Assembly (NCBI GenBank): GCA_965262595.1
Contig: OZ253548.1
Coordinates: forward strand, 951,645 to 1,015,644
Length of the DNA stretch: 64,000 bases
Reading direction: 5' to 3'
Source: Dehalococcoidia bacterium
GTDB taxonomy: Bacteria; Chloroflexota; Dehalococcoidia; Lucifugimonadales; UBA3495
The translations under genes were made by a program, and so were the position numbers. This document shows, piece by piece, positions 10,760 through 19,158 of this stretch; the stretch's first letter is position 1; each line of letters starts with the position of its first letter. The notes under the pieces are model-generated. The model was not told the DNA's origin. It did not search any database and was given only the letters and a program-made list of their open reading frames with translations.

Positions 10760-10806
10760 CTTCCCAAGTAACCGAACCTATTACCGGATAACTTAACGGA
10801 CCCTTG

Positions 10807-10838
10807 GGCGAGCCACCCTTTCGAACGGGTGGTTCGCC
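10807..10838 (+). terminator. Hairpin after SBP paralog 3
   Basis: GGCGAGCCACCC (10807-10818), loop TTTCGAAC, GGGTGGTTCGCC (10827-10838). No clean T-tract follows. Confidence 0.45.
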
Positions 10839-11060
10839 TAATAAAACAAGGAGGTTTTGAATTAAGAACGGTCTCTACTGAGTCAGCTCCGATACTAGCG
10901 GGGATTGGCGGGCGAGTCAGGGCAACTGCCAGACTGCCGGCTTGGCACATCGGAAATTGAACTTCAAGGCCTATAAGGATAGGCATGAGGGCCAACAATT
11001 CCGAAGGCAACTTCGAACTGAAGCGCTCGGTACCAAACCCGTATTTTGGGAGGATTGATA

Positions 11061-12968
11061 ATGCCTAATTACAGTATCAGGAAACCTTGGACCATTGTAT
11101 ATCTTTCGGTGGTTTTGAGTCTCCTGTTCCTCGTTGCCTGCGGGTCGTCCAGTGCGCCGGTGGCGCCGGCGGCGCCGGTGGCACCGCAGAACCAGCAACC
11201 GGCCGCCCCAGAATCGACCACCGCACCATCGACCGGCGCGGTTGAAATGTCGGCTCCCACGCCGACCACCGTGGCCCAAGCCGCTTTGGCCCCGGCAGGA
11301 GCAGCGGTAGCGGCCCCCCGGGAAGCGCCCAGTTTCGAGTCTTATTGGAAACCTAACACAGACTTCTACGGCCAGCCGAAATACGGCGGCACTCTCCGCA
11401 TCAACTATGAAGACCCTCTGGAACACGCCAACGTTTGGGGCGCGCGCAGCGGCACCACCATGCGGTACCGAATGCCCACTCACGACGGCCTGATTCAGGA
11501 CAACCCCTATGACTGGAGAGCTCCTTTCATCCCGGATCTGGCCTACGGCTGGACCGTTGATTCAGACCTCAAGGGTGTGACCTTTTATCTCAAGGATGGG
11601 GTGCAATGGCACAACGGCACCGACTTCACCTGCGAAGATGCCCGGTTCACCTATGAAACCATGATTACAGAGGAAGGCATAACCGGTTCTTACATGAAGA
11701 ACCGACTTACGGATGTGGACTTGGACCTGCTGGAGTGCGTGGATGACTCGACGTTGAAATTCCGGTTCACCTCTCCCTCCGCCGTTCCTCTGCTCAGCTT
11801 TGGCAACCCGGCGGCAATGATTTTCAACAAGGACTGGTTCCTGGCCGGTGGCGAAGATGCCATGTTCCAGGACGTATCTGTAGGAACCGGGCCTTTCATC
11901 TGGGGCGCCGGGCAGAGCGTTGGCATTGATGAACAAAAATTTGAAAGGAATCCCAACTATCACGTAGAAGGCGTGCCCTATGTTGATAATCTCATCATCT
12001 TCGGCATCCTTGACGAGACGGCGCAACAGGCAACCATGTTGGCCCACCAAACCGATTGGCACTGGGTGCGCAACTTCGGCCAATATGACGCTTACGTAAA
12101 ACATGATCAAATCCAAACCGTGATACAGGCCACCCGAAGCAGCGAAAACCTGTGGCTGAACACCCGTAAGCCGCCCCTCGACAATGTCCGGATTCGCCAG
12201 GCTATCGCCATGGGAATGGACCGGACCACCGGCATCGCCGTCTCTCTATCCGGCTACGGCTCCGCCGGATTGGGCCTGATGCCTCCGGGCAGCCCTTGGG
12301 CCCTGGAGGAGGCCGAGGCCTGTGCTGTCCCTGGTTGGTGCCAGCCGGCAGACATGGAAGCCCAGCGGGCCGCGGCCATCCAAATCATGAAGGAAGAGAA
12401 CTTCGATTTCGAAAAGACCTACGTCTTAACCGTAGAAGCAGATGCCCAACGGGTGGGCCGCGCCACCTTCATGCAGGAACAGCTACGCCTGTTGGGAATC
12501 AAAACCGACTTCGATACGGTTGAAACCATCGCCTACCGGAAATCGCGCCAAGCCGGCGACTGGGGCGACTTCATGGGATCCACCGGCGGTGTGGCTGGAG
12601 TAGATGACCCCTTCGTGGGATTAGGTCACTACCATCGCTGCGCCAGCCTGTATAATTTCCAGACTCCCGGCACAGAGTGCGATGCAACGGCGGAAGCGAT
12701 GTTTGAGGAGTTAGGTAAGCTCACCGATCCGGCCGAGCGTAAGAAGCAGGGACAGGAAATCCAGGTTTACCTGATGGGGCAATACTGGAACTTCCCGGTC
12801 TTCTGGGAAGAGGAAGCGGTGTCCTTCTGGCCCGAGGTGCGGGGATACTCCCACTTCCCGTCGTCCACTACGAGTCACCTGCGCTGGGCCCATATGTGGA
12901 TTGACCCGGACCACAAGGACGATACCGGGTTCGCCGGCCAAACCCTCGGTGTCCCCGGCGGCAAGTAG
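11061..12968 (+). CDS. ABC transporter substrate-binding lipoprotein, family 5, paralog 4 (near-identical to paralog 3)
   Basis: The second unit of the tandem duplication. ATG at 11061. Confidence 0.85.
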   Translation: MPNYSIRKPWTIVYLSVVLSLLFLVACGSSSAPVAPAAPVAPQNQQPAAPESTTAPSTGAVEMSAPTPTTVAQAALAPAGAAVAAPREAPSFESYWKPNTDFYGQPKYGGTLRINYEDPLEHANVWGARSGTTMRYRMPTHDGLIQDNPYDWRAPFIPDLAYGWTVDSDLKGVTFYLKDGVQWHNGTDFTCEDARFTYETMITEEGITGSYMKNRLTDVDLDLLECVDDSTLKFRFTSPSAVPLLSFGNPAAMIFNKDWFLAGGEDAMFQDVSVGTGPFIWGAGQSVGIDEQKFERNPNYHVEGVPYVDNLIIFGILDETAQQATMLAHQTDWHWVRNFGQYDAYVKHDQIQTVIQATRSSENLWLNTRKPPLDNVRIRQAIAMGMDRTTGIAVSLSGYGSAGLGLMPPGSPWALEEAEACAVPGWCQPADMEAQRAAAIQIMKEENFDFEKTYVLTVEADAQRVGRATFMQEQLRLLGIKTDFDTVETIAYRKSRQAGDWGDFMGSTGGVAGVDDPFVGLGHYHRCASLYNFQTPGTECDATAEAMFEELGKLTDPAERKKQGQEIQVYLMGQYWNFPVFWEEEAVSFWPEVRGYSHFPSSTTSHLRWAHMWIDPDHKDDTGFAGQTLGVPGGK

Positions 12969-13015
12969 CTTCCCAAGTAACCGACCCTATTACCGGATAA
13001 CTTAACGGACCCTTG

Positions 13016-13055
13016 GGCGAGCCACCCATTCGAACGGGTGGCTCGCCTGCCTTTT
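13016..13055 (+). terminator. Intrinsic terminator closing the SBP array
   Basis: Perfect stem GGCGAGCCACCC / GGGTGGCTCGCC with loop ATTCGAAC, followed by TGCCTTTT. Confidence 0.65.
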
Positions 13056-13487
13056 ACTACGCCTCAAGGTCCGGTCTCCAGGCCCTAACCAGCCGGCTAC
13101 CAACACATCGTCGGCCTCCCCGTCGCCGACATCTATCAATCAGTGCCTTAAATGACGTTTCTTATACTGTCCTGCTACCCTCCACCGCCATCCCCAGAAT
13201 TAACCCGCGTCGGTCAAGCCGGTCGCCCCATCGTTTCAGCTTGACCCTATAGGTAGTATGTGGTTAACTGTTGCTGCAACGCCAGCTTCCCTACATTTGC
13301 CTACTCCGGCGCAGATTCTCCGAAGTCTCAACACACTTACCGGAAAACGCTCCCCTTGACGCGCCGGCTCGGCTGACTACGCAGCACACTTGGAGGCTAA
13401 AGTGTAGCCATCGCTTGTTGTGCGCCAGGGGCCAAGGGGACTGGAAACTCTTGGCAATACTCTGTCAAATAACCCGGAGGAGGAAGT

Positions 13488-14537
13488 ATGGACTTTGGCA
13501 TCTTCATGCAATTCGAGCGGCGCGAGGGCGCTACTCAAGCTATGGCGTTTAGAGAAGGCTTCAGCATGGTGGACGCCGCCGAGGAATGGGGGCTTGACGA
13601 AGCCTGGCTCGCCGAAATCCACTTTGCCCCAACCCGCTCCGTTCTTTCATCCCCCGCCGTCATCGCCAGTTCCATCGCCACCCGCACCAAGCGAATGCGG
13701 GTCGGTATGGCGGTACAGGTGCTGCCTTTGAATAATCCTCTGCGCATTGCGGAGGAGGTCGCAACGGTGGACCAGGTCGCCGAAGGCCGGTTTGACTTTG
13801 GCATTGGTCGCAGCGCCTTCCCTCGTTCCTACGACATTTACGGCATTCCCTATGAGGAAAGCCGGGGACGTTTTGAAGAGGCTCTGGATATTATCCTGGA
13901 AGCTTGGAAGGGCGAGGTTTTTTCCTATCACGGCGAGTATTTCCAGTTTGAGAACGCCAACGTATCACCCCAACCTTTCACCCTGCCGCATCCACCGCTG
14001 CGGGTAGCAGCCACTACCGAGGAGACCTTTCCTCGCATGGGACAGCGCGGTTTACCCATCTTCGTCGGACTGAGAGGCATGGATATCCCGGACTTGCAGA
14101 TCAATCTTAAAGAGTATCGCCGGGCCTGGAGCCAAGCCGGACACCCCGGCGACGGCGATGTCTCCCTGCGCATTCCGGTGTATGCCGGAGAATCCGAGAC
14201 TGCCGCCATGGATGACCCCCAGGAAAGCATTCGGGCCTACTACAATCGAATGAGTTCCCTTTACCTGGAATCGGCGGGGAGCGCCGGTACCGAAGCCACG
14301 GAATTACGACAGGGCCGGGGCGAGCGGCTGACCGAACTGACCTTCGAGGAAATGCTGGCAACCAAGGTCGCATTCGGCTCCGCCGAGGGACTGATTGAGC
14401 GAATAACGCAGCTTCAAGAAGAATTGGGCCTCAAGAATGTCATTGCGGAACTCAATCCCGGCGGCCTTATTCCTCAGGAAAAGGTTATGCGCAGCATGGA
14501 AATCCTGGCCAAAGACGTTGCACCGGCCTTCAAGTAA
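13488..14537 (+). CDS. LLM-class (luciferase-like) flavin-dependent monooxygenase/oxidoreductase
   Basis: 349 aa behind GGAGGAGGAAGT-ATG. MDFGIF...WGLDEAWLAEIHF...RMRVGMAVQVLPLNNPLRIAEEVATVDQVAEGRFDFGIGR is the typical bacterial-luciferase-family N-terminus. Confidence 0.8.
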   Translation: MDFGIFMQFERREGATQAMAFREGFSMVDAAEEWGLDEAWLAEIHFAPTRSVLSSPAVIASSIATRTKRMRVGMAVQVLPLNNPLRIAEEVATVDQVAEGRFDFGIGRSAFPRSYDIYGIPYEESRGRFEEALDIILEAWKGEVFSYHGEYFQFENANVSPQPFTLPHPPLRVAATTEETFPRMGQRGLPIFVGLRGMDIPDLQINLKEYRRAWSQAGHPGDGDVSLRIPVYAGESETAAMDDPQESIRAYYNRMSSLYLESAGSAGTEATELRQGRGERLTELTFEEMLATKVAFGSAEGLIERITQLQEELGLKNVIAELNPGGLIPQEKVMRSMEILAKDVAPAFK

Positions 14538-14563
14538 TAACCGATTTGCAGGAGCTGTATCCA

Positions 14564-15550
14564 ATGAAAATCGCAGTCTTGGACGATTATCAAGATGTGG
14601 CGCGGCAAATGGCCGATTGGTCAGCCTTGCCTCAAGGCGCAGAAATCGAGGTCTTCCACGACCATCTGGCTGACGGGGACCAACTCGTCGAAAGGCTAAA
14701 GGATTTTCAAGCGGTTATCGGTATGCGGGAACGTACGGCCTTCCCCCGCTCGGTGTTGTCCCGGCTGCCGGAGCTGCGCTTGCTGATTACTACCGGAGGA
14801 AGAAACGCCTCCTATGACATAGAAGCCGCCACCGAGTTGGGCATCGTGGCCTGCGGCACCGGCGGCGCCGGGGAAGGCCCCACCGAGTTAACCTGGGGAA
14901 TAATTATCGGCCTCCTGCGCAAGATACCTCAGGAAGACCGGCTGACCCGGGCCGGCCACTGGCAGACCTCAATCGGCGTCGGCTTAAAGGGGAAAACTCT
15001 TGGCCTGATCGGATTGGGACACATTGGTGGCCTGATGGCCCGGGTGGGCAACGCCTTCGATATGAATGTTATCGCCTGGAGCCAGAACCTGACCGCCGAG
15101 CGCGCCGCCGAATGCCACGCCACCCTGGTGGACAAGGATACTCTGCTTCGGAATTCCGACATTGTTTCAATTCACCTTCGCCTTAGCGACCGCACCCTGG
15201 GGCTGATTGGTGAGCGGGAATTGGGTCTGATGAAACCCACTGCTTACCTGGTCAACATCTCCCGCGGCCCGATCGTCGATGAGGCGGCATTGATCGACTC
15301 TCTGCAAAAAGGGGCTATTGCCGGGGCCGCCCTGGACACTTTTGACGTGGAGCCATTGCCCAAAGACCATCCCTTCCTGCAACTCGACAACACCGTAATT
15401 GCCCCGCACCTGGGTTATGTTACCGAAGAAGGCTACCGTGCTTTCTATTCAGGAGCCATCGAGGACGTTCGAGCCTACTCCGCCGGCGAACCGGTACGGG
15501 TGATTAACCCGGAGGTATTGACCTCGCCCCAGTTGCGCAAGAACGGGTAA
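14564..15550 (+). CDS. D-isomer-specific 2-hydroxyacid dehydrogenase (NAD-binding)
   Basis: AGGAG precedes the ATG at 14564; the track's TTG at 14546 is less likely. GKTLGLIGLGHIGG (Rossmann fold), ...ISRGPIVDEAAL...LDTFDVEPLP...APHLGY are family motifs. Confidence 0.8.
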   Translation: MKIAVLDDYQDVARQMADWSALPQGAEIEVFHDHLADGDQLVERLKDFQAVIGMRERTAFPRSVLSRLPELRLLITTGGRNASYDIEAATELGIVACGTGGAGEGPTELTWGIIIGLLRKIPQEDRLTRAGHWQTSIGVGLKGKTLGLIGLGHIGGLMARVGNAFDMNVIAWSQNLTAERAAECHATLVDKDTLLRNSDIVSIHLRLSDRTLGLIGERELGLMKPTAYLVNISRGPIVDEAALIDSLQKGAIAGAALDTFDVEPLPKDHPFLQLDNTVIAPHLGYVTEEGYRAFYSGAIEDVRAYSAGEPVRVINPEVLTSPQLRKNG

Positions 15551-15639
15551 GCGATCAAACGGGAAAGACTTTACTGCCAACCCTTTACCTTTCCCAATCG
15601 TATCGCCGTTTCCCATCAGCCAAAATCCGGAGACGATTT

Positions 15640-16605
15640 ATGAAAGCAGTTAGAATTAACGAGTTTGGCGGCCTGGAAGTCTTGCAATGGGAGGACGTTC
15701 CGGAGCCGACCCCGCGGGCCGGGCAGGTATTGATAAAAGTGGATTCAGCCGGGGTCAACTACGCCGACATTATGCGGCGACAAGGAAATTATCCCGGTCC
15801 GGATCTGCCGGCAACTTTGGGTCTGGAAGCCGCCGGCACGATAACTGACTTGGGCGAAGGAGTTTCCGGGCTTTCGGTAGGACAACGCGTAATGGCAATG
15901 GGACCCCAGGGCAATGCCGAATTCGTGGCGGTAAATGCCAACTACGTCTTCCCCTACCCGGAAACGGTTGACCCGGTACAGGCCGGAGGTATGCCCATCG
16001 TGTTTCTGACCGCATACCACCTGCTAAAGACTCGGGGGCAGATACAGCCGGGGGAAACGGTACTGATTCAGGCCGGAGCCTCCGGGGTTGGCACTGTCGC
16101 GATACAGCTAGCCAAAGCTTGGGGAGCCCGGGTGATAACAACTGCTTCCTCTCCCGAAAAGCTGGACTTGACACGTTCTTTGGGCGCCGACGAAACCATC
16201 AATTATGTTGCCCAGGATTTTGAAGAGGAAGTGCGTCAACTCACCAACGGTAACGGCGTTGAGCTAGTCCTTGAGTGCGTTGGCGGCCCGGTACTGGAAA
16301 AGAGTGTCCGCTGCGTAGCCTCCTACGGCAAGCTGATCTCCTTCGGCAACGCTTCGGGAACCCCGGCGTCCCTCCCCGGGGCCGACATTTTTGGTGCCAA
16401 CCGCACGGTCATCGGCTTTAGTATGGGACGGTCACCCATGGGCCGGCTGAACCACCAGGACGCGATGGACGAGCTGTTCCCCATGTTGGCCCAAGGCCAG
16501 GTCAGGCTGGTAGTAGATCGGGTGTTGCCCATGGCTGAGGCTGCAAAAGCCCATCAACATCTGTCAAATCGGGGCAGCCAGGGCAAGGTAATTCTGACTC
16601 CGTAA
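15640..16605 (+). CDS. NADPH:quinone oxidoreductase / zinc-type MDR family
   Basis: 321 aa. VLIKVDSAGVNYADIMRRQGNYP...GETVLIQAGASGVGTVAIQLAK, a zeta-crystallin-like MDR. Confidence 0.8.
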   Translation: MKAVRINEFGGLEVLQWEDVPEPTPRAGQVLIKVDSAGVNYADIMRRQGNYPGPDLPATLGLEAAGTITDLGEGVSGLSVGQRVMAMGPQGNAEFVAVNANYVFPYPETVDPVQAGGMPIVFLTAYHLLKTRGQIQPGETVLIQAGASGVGTVAIQLAKAWGARVITTASSPEKLDLTRSLGADETINYVAQDFEEEVRQLTNGNGVELVLECVGGPVLEKSVRCVASYGKLISFGNASGTPASLPGADIFGANRTVIGFSMGRSPMGRLNHQDAMDELFPMLAQGQVRLVVDRVLPMAEAAKAHQHLSNRGSQGKVILTP

Positions 16606-16729
16606 CTGCTAGACTGGTTGGAGCAGAGTCGAGAATAGCTCGACTTTGTCCAGCCTTTAGCCAGTAGTCGCGGAGGAGGGAAATGCCATCTCCCAGGGCA
16701 TTCAGGCGCCTCGAGGAAACATCCTCCTG

Positions 16730-17785
16730 ATGGTAGGCACCCGCAAGGGCGCATTTGTTCTCCACAGCAACCCCGACCGCCAGGATTGGCGCCTCTCCGG
16801 CCCCCACTGCCCGGGCAGCGATATTTTCCACTTGATCTACGATGACCGTGAGGGAAACGGGAATGGTGGTACGCTCTTCGCCGCTGCCAACCACATGATT
16901 TGGGGGCCACAGGTTGAAATCAGCCGCGACTTGGGCCATACCTGGGAACAACCACCGGAGCAGCCCCGCTTCTCCGGTCATGCCGGAGCGGACGGAGTAC
17001 CAGGCAGCGGGCAAACGGTTAACCGGCTCTGGCACATTGAGCCAGGGCGCGATGCCGAGCCGGGCGTCCTCTATGCCGGAGTGGAGCCGGCAGCCCTGTT
17101 TAAATCGAAGGACGGCGGGATGAGCTGGGTCGAGCTTTCCGGGCTTTCGGCCCACCCCACCCGAGAACATTGGCAACCGGGTCTCGGCGGCCAGAGTTTT
17201 CCGAAGTGATGACGCCGGGGCAAACTGGCATCCGACTAACAAGGGAGTTCGCGACGATTTCTCTCCGGATCCGCTGCCGGAATGGGGCCAATGCCCCCAC
17301 AAAGTCCTGGCCCATCCGGCCCAACCCGGATTGCTTTACCAGCATAATCATTGCGGGGTGTTCCGGAGCGACAATGGTGGGGCCGAATGGCAGGATATAA
17401 CCGAAGGGCTGCCCTCCCGATTCGGCTTCGCCCTGGGGTTGCATCCGCATGACCCGGAAACCCTTTTCGTACTGCCCGAGGATGAAGTTCTGGGGACTGA
17501 CGTAGGGGGGGCAAGCGATACGTCACCGGCGCAAAGTTTCGGATTTTCCGCAGCCGAAACGGCGGCCAAGACTGGGAGCCGCTAACCCAGGGCCTGCCGC
17601 AGAAGAACGCCTACCTGCACGTTTTACGGGAAGGCATGGCGACCGACTCCCTGGACCCGGCCGGCGTTTACGTTGGTACCACCAATGGACAGATTTTTTA
17701 CAGCCGGGATTGCGGCGAAAGTTGGGAACTGTTGATCGAGCACCTGCCGCCAGTCAACTCGGTGGAAGTCGCCCTGGTTGCCTGA
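16730..17785 (+). pseudogene. BNR/Asp-box repeat (sialidase-fold) protein gene, disrupted by two frame changes
   Basis: Six SxDxGxxW Asp-boxes lie in order across three reading segments: SRDLGHTW and SKDGGMSW (frame of 16730), SDDAGANW and SDNGGAEW (frame of 17331), SRNGGQDW and SRDCGESW (back in the first frame, stop at 17783-17785). The breaks are near 17190-17210 and at a G7 run (17505-17511). Confidence 0.65.
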
Positions 17786-17861
17786 AATGGGCCAACCTGT
17801 AGGGTAGGCTAAGGACAGTTGTCGGGGGACTGCAATATTCCCAACTTGTTCCCTTAGCGCC

Positions 17862-17904
17862 GAATAACAAACAGGCAAACACAAGAGGGGTCTAAATACC
17901 CCTC
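17862..17904 (-). terminator. Intrinsic terminator ending the thi operon
   Basis: GAGGGGT (17885-17891) pairs with ACCCCTC (17898-17904). On the minus strand it is followed by TTGTGTTTGCCTGTTTGTT. Confidence 0.6.
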
Positions 17905-17942
17905 ACATATAACTTCCGAATCCGGTGTCCGTTCCGTTTGGG

Positions 17943-18239
17943 TTATTCCACGGGTCGCGACCTGACCTGCAACAATATCTGCCACATTCGGTGCCAAACT
18001 AGCCGCCGTTCCGGATCGGACAAGGGGCGTCCTGAGTGCTCGCGACAGGCCATAACCGCTTTACCAGCCAAAAACCCCCAGCTACCAGGCTCGTCCCGCA
18101 GCCACCCAACTACCCTTTCCCGGTTGTCCCGCATTACCCCTACCAACAATGCGTCCAGACTCTCAAAGTCTAAACTCTCAGATTGCGGACCATTCGAATC
18201 CGCCGGTTCAAAATTCGACCACCCGGCAGGAAAACTCAA
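17943..18239 (-). CDS. Small hypothetical protein, GatB/YqeY-domain-like, translationally coupled to thiS
   Basis: 98-aa ORF whose ATG overlaps the thiS stop (ATGA, 18236-18239). ...RERVVGWLRDEPGSWGFLAGKAVMACRE resembles the GatB_Yqey pattern (..V..Y..GK...GFLVGQVMK); the similarity is weak. Confidence 0.4.
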   Translation of the reverse strand: MSFPAGWSNFEPADSNGPQSESLDFESLDALLVGVMRDNRERVVGWLRDEPGSWGFLAGKAVMACREHSGRPLSDPERRLVWHRMWQILLQVRSRPVE

Positions 18240-18448
18240 CCGCCACCGACCGGACGGACTATTTCCAGGGTATCGCCCTCTTTCAGCAGAACCTGGGAAA
18301 ATATTTCCTTCTTGAGGACTTCACCGTTATACCCGACGGCTACGAATTGCAAGTTAAGGCCAAAGGAAGTCAGGTAAGATTCCAGGTTCACTGAGCCTTC
18401 GACTTGACGGTACTTGCCGTTTACCATCAGGTTAATCATATCGGACAT
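18236..18448 (-). CDS. thiS: Sulfur carrier protein ThiS
   Basis: 70 aa, ubiquitin-like, ending ...EIVRPVGGG (C-terminal Gly-Gly), in a thi operon. Confidence 0.85.
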   Translation of the reverse strand: MSDMINLMVNGKYRQVEGSVNLESYLTSFGLNLQFVAVGYNGEVLKKEIFSQVLLKEGDTLEIVRPVGGG

Positions 18449-18479
18449 ATACCTTGACCTCCTCAGCCAGCGGTCATCC

Positions 18480-19154
18480 TTAGCCGTTGGCCGTGTAGCG
18501 CCCCGCGGCGAGCAACGCGTCCTTAAGTTGTCGGGCTGCTGCGCCGGGATCGGGAGCCGCCAAAATACCCGTAATGACCGCTACACCGGAGGCGCCCGCT
18601 GCTATCACTTCTTTCGAGTTATCCGAGTTGATGCCGCCAATTCCAATCAAGGGTGATATCGATAAAGGCGCTATCCGGCGAATCAGGTCCGGCCCGGCGG
18701 GTTCTTCACCGGGGTGAGAACGGGTAGCGTACATTGTACCCACAACCAGGAAATCCGCCCCGGCTTCAATTGCCTGTTGCGCCCCGGCGACGGAATGGAC
18801 CGAGCGGCCAATCAGCGCTTCCGGCCCCAGGATTCTACGAGCCGCAGCCACCGGCATCGCATCTTCCCCAAGCTGCACCCCGTCGGCGGTCAGGGCGGCC
18901 GCCACGTCCACGCGTTCATTTATGAGCAACAGCGCCGAATGCCCGATAGCTTCCCTAATAGCGCCGGCCAGCTTGAGCAAATGCCCGGCGGGCAAGTCTT
19001 TCTCCCTTAGCTGGATCAGGTCAACTCCTCCGGCCACCGCCGCCGCTATCCGGGCAACCAGCGTAGCCTCGGCATTGGCTTCCCCTCCATAGGCGACCCT
19101 TCGGTCCGTAACCAGACAGAGGCAAGAGTCTGGAAGCCTGAGGCCTGACGCCAT
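18480..19154 (-). CDS. thiE: Thiamine-phosphate synthase ThiE
   Basis: I prefer the ATG at 19152-19154 (MASGLRLPDSCLCLVTDR...), 4 nt after the thiG stop. Motifs: GVDLIQLREKDL, GADFLVVGTMYATRSHP, IGIGGI. Confidence 0.85.
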   Translation of the reverse strand: MASGLRLPDSCLCLVTDRRVAYGGEANAEATLVARIAAAVAGGVDLIQLREKDLPAGHLLKLAGAIREAIGHSALLLINERVDVAAALTADGVQLGEDAMPVAAARRILGPEALIGRSVHSVAGAQQAIEAGADFLVVGTMYATRSHPGEEPAGPDLIRRIAPLSISPLIGIGGINSDNSKEVIAAGASGVAVITGILAAPDPGAAARQLKDALLAAGRYTANG

Positions 19155-19158
19155 AAAG

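Larger units (their letters stand above)
8588..13047 (+). repeat. Tandem direct duplication: two units of about 2.2 kb (8588-10805, 10806-13014) plus a third copy of the terminator hairpin
   Basis: Each unit is terminator hairpin + leader + SBP gene. The ATG-to-ATG period is 2209 nt (8852 vs 11061). Unit 1 carries a 9-nt insertion in the hairpin. The proteins differ at 14 of 640 residues by my count. Confidence 0.95.

Noticed and set aside
8762-11483. Duplicated 170-aa and 66-aa minus-strand ORFs (8762-9274, 10971-11483 and others)
   Set aside because: They are Arg/Gly-rich antisense shadows of the Ala/Pro-rich SBP linkers. They appear twice only because of the tandem duplication.
8588-13047. 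Possibility that the repeated hairpins mark a CRISPR-like or mobile-element structure
   Set aside because: The repeat period is 2.2 kb and each unit is a complete gene with leader and terminator. There are no short spacers, cas genes, transposase or terminal inverted repeats. It is a plain tandem gene duplication.
13013-13552. ORFs of 79, 93, 103 and 81 aa in the SBP-to-LLM intergenic region
   Set aside because: They overlap one another or the LLM gene start. They are Arg/Pro/Ser-rich, have no RBS and no recognisable motifs.
16502-17302. 266-aa minus-strand ORF
   Set aside because: It is antisense to the BNR-repeat gene, whose Asp-box repeats identify the + strand as coding.
18186-18215. 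tRNA-like T-loop string CCATTCGAATCCGCC
   Set aside because: No 5-bp T-stem with a 7-nt loop, acceptor stem or anticodon arm can be drawn. It also lies inside the thiS-coupled ORF.
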